From a virus (lineage: Duplodnaviria > Heunggongvirae > Uroviricota > Caudoviricetes), in IMG/VR virus record IMGVR_UViG_2654587772_000002: 64,000 nt of DNA; one strand, written 5' to 3'. Position numbers and translations under genes: made by a program. Each line of letters starts with the position of its first letter. Position 1 is the stretch's first letter. The notes beneath the pieces are model-generated. The model saw only the letters and a program-made list of their open reading frames with translations. It did no database searches and had not been told where the DNA came from. Shown here piece by piece: positions 63,917-64,000 of the stretch.

Positions 63917-64000
63917 AGGAGCCTCCTATGTCATTAATTGCGCTAGAGCGCGCGATATGGAATTTGAAGATTAAGCTGGAACCAGCCATTCTTTTCGCCA

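Overview
The first ~51.6 kb of this window is a P1-family phage-plasmid segment, read directly from hallmark sequences: an exact loxP site (6635-6668) next to cre, the C1 repressor and coi, multiple C1 operator matches, pacA with its 4+3 GATC-hexamer pac site, pacB, the 2255-aa DarB, ssb, a SAR-type lysozyme, the lydA/lydB/darA/ddrA/ddrB block, and tail-fibre/baseplate/sit genes. Several slots differ from canonical P1 and are the main candidates for anything new: (i) an immI-like module (operator, c4-like structured RNA, icd-like ORF, frameshifted ant) between pacB and c1; (ii) a cargo cassette (decayed serine recombinase, NTF2/SnoaL-like protein, GlxA-type regulator, MBL-fold hydrolase) between an orphan operator and a short ref-like HNH gene; (iii) an AT-rich pair, an EAL-domain protein with apparently intact catalytic motifs plus an AppY-like AraC regulator, sitting where P1 carries res/mod; (iv) a solo IS200/IS605-family tnpB between the portal and protease genes; (v) a protein with a DUF2829 (Tad2-like) C-terminal domain plus two unknown ORFs after ssb; (vi) a ~0.9 kb GC-rich non-coding block that begins GTGCGCCCAG right after a perfect hairpin (group II intron-like), followed by a hexapeptide-repeat acetyltransferase, where P1 has cin. 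P1 synteny stops at ~51.6 kb; after ~1 kb of AT-rich DNA with small ORFs, a lambda-type siphovirus tail module runs on the minus strand (major tail protein, G/G-T with an A AAA AAG slippery site, H, M, L, K, I, a frameshifted J, and a lom fragment). Gene names assigned by size and synteny rather than direct sequence recognition are flagged as such; no similarity search or RNA folding was run.
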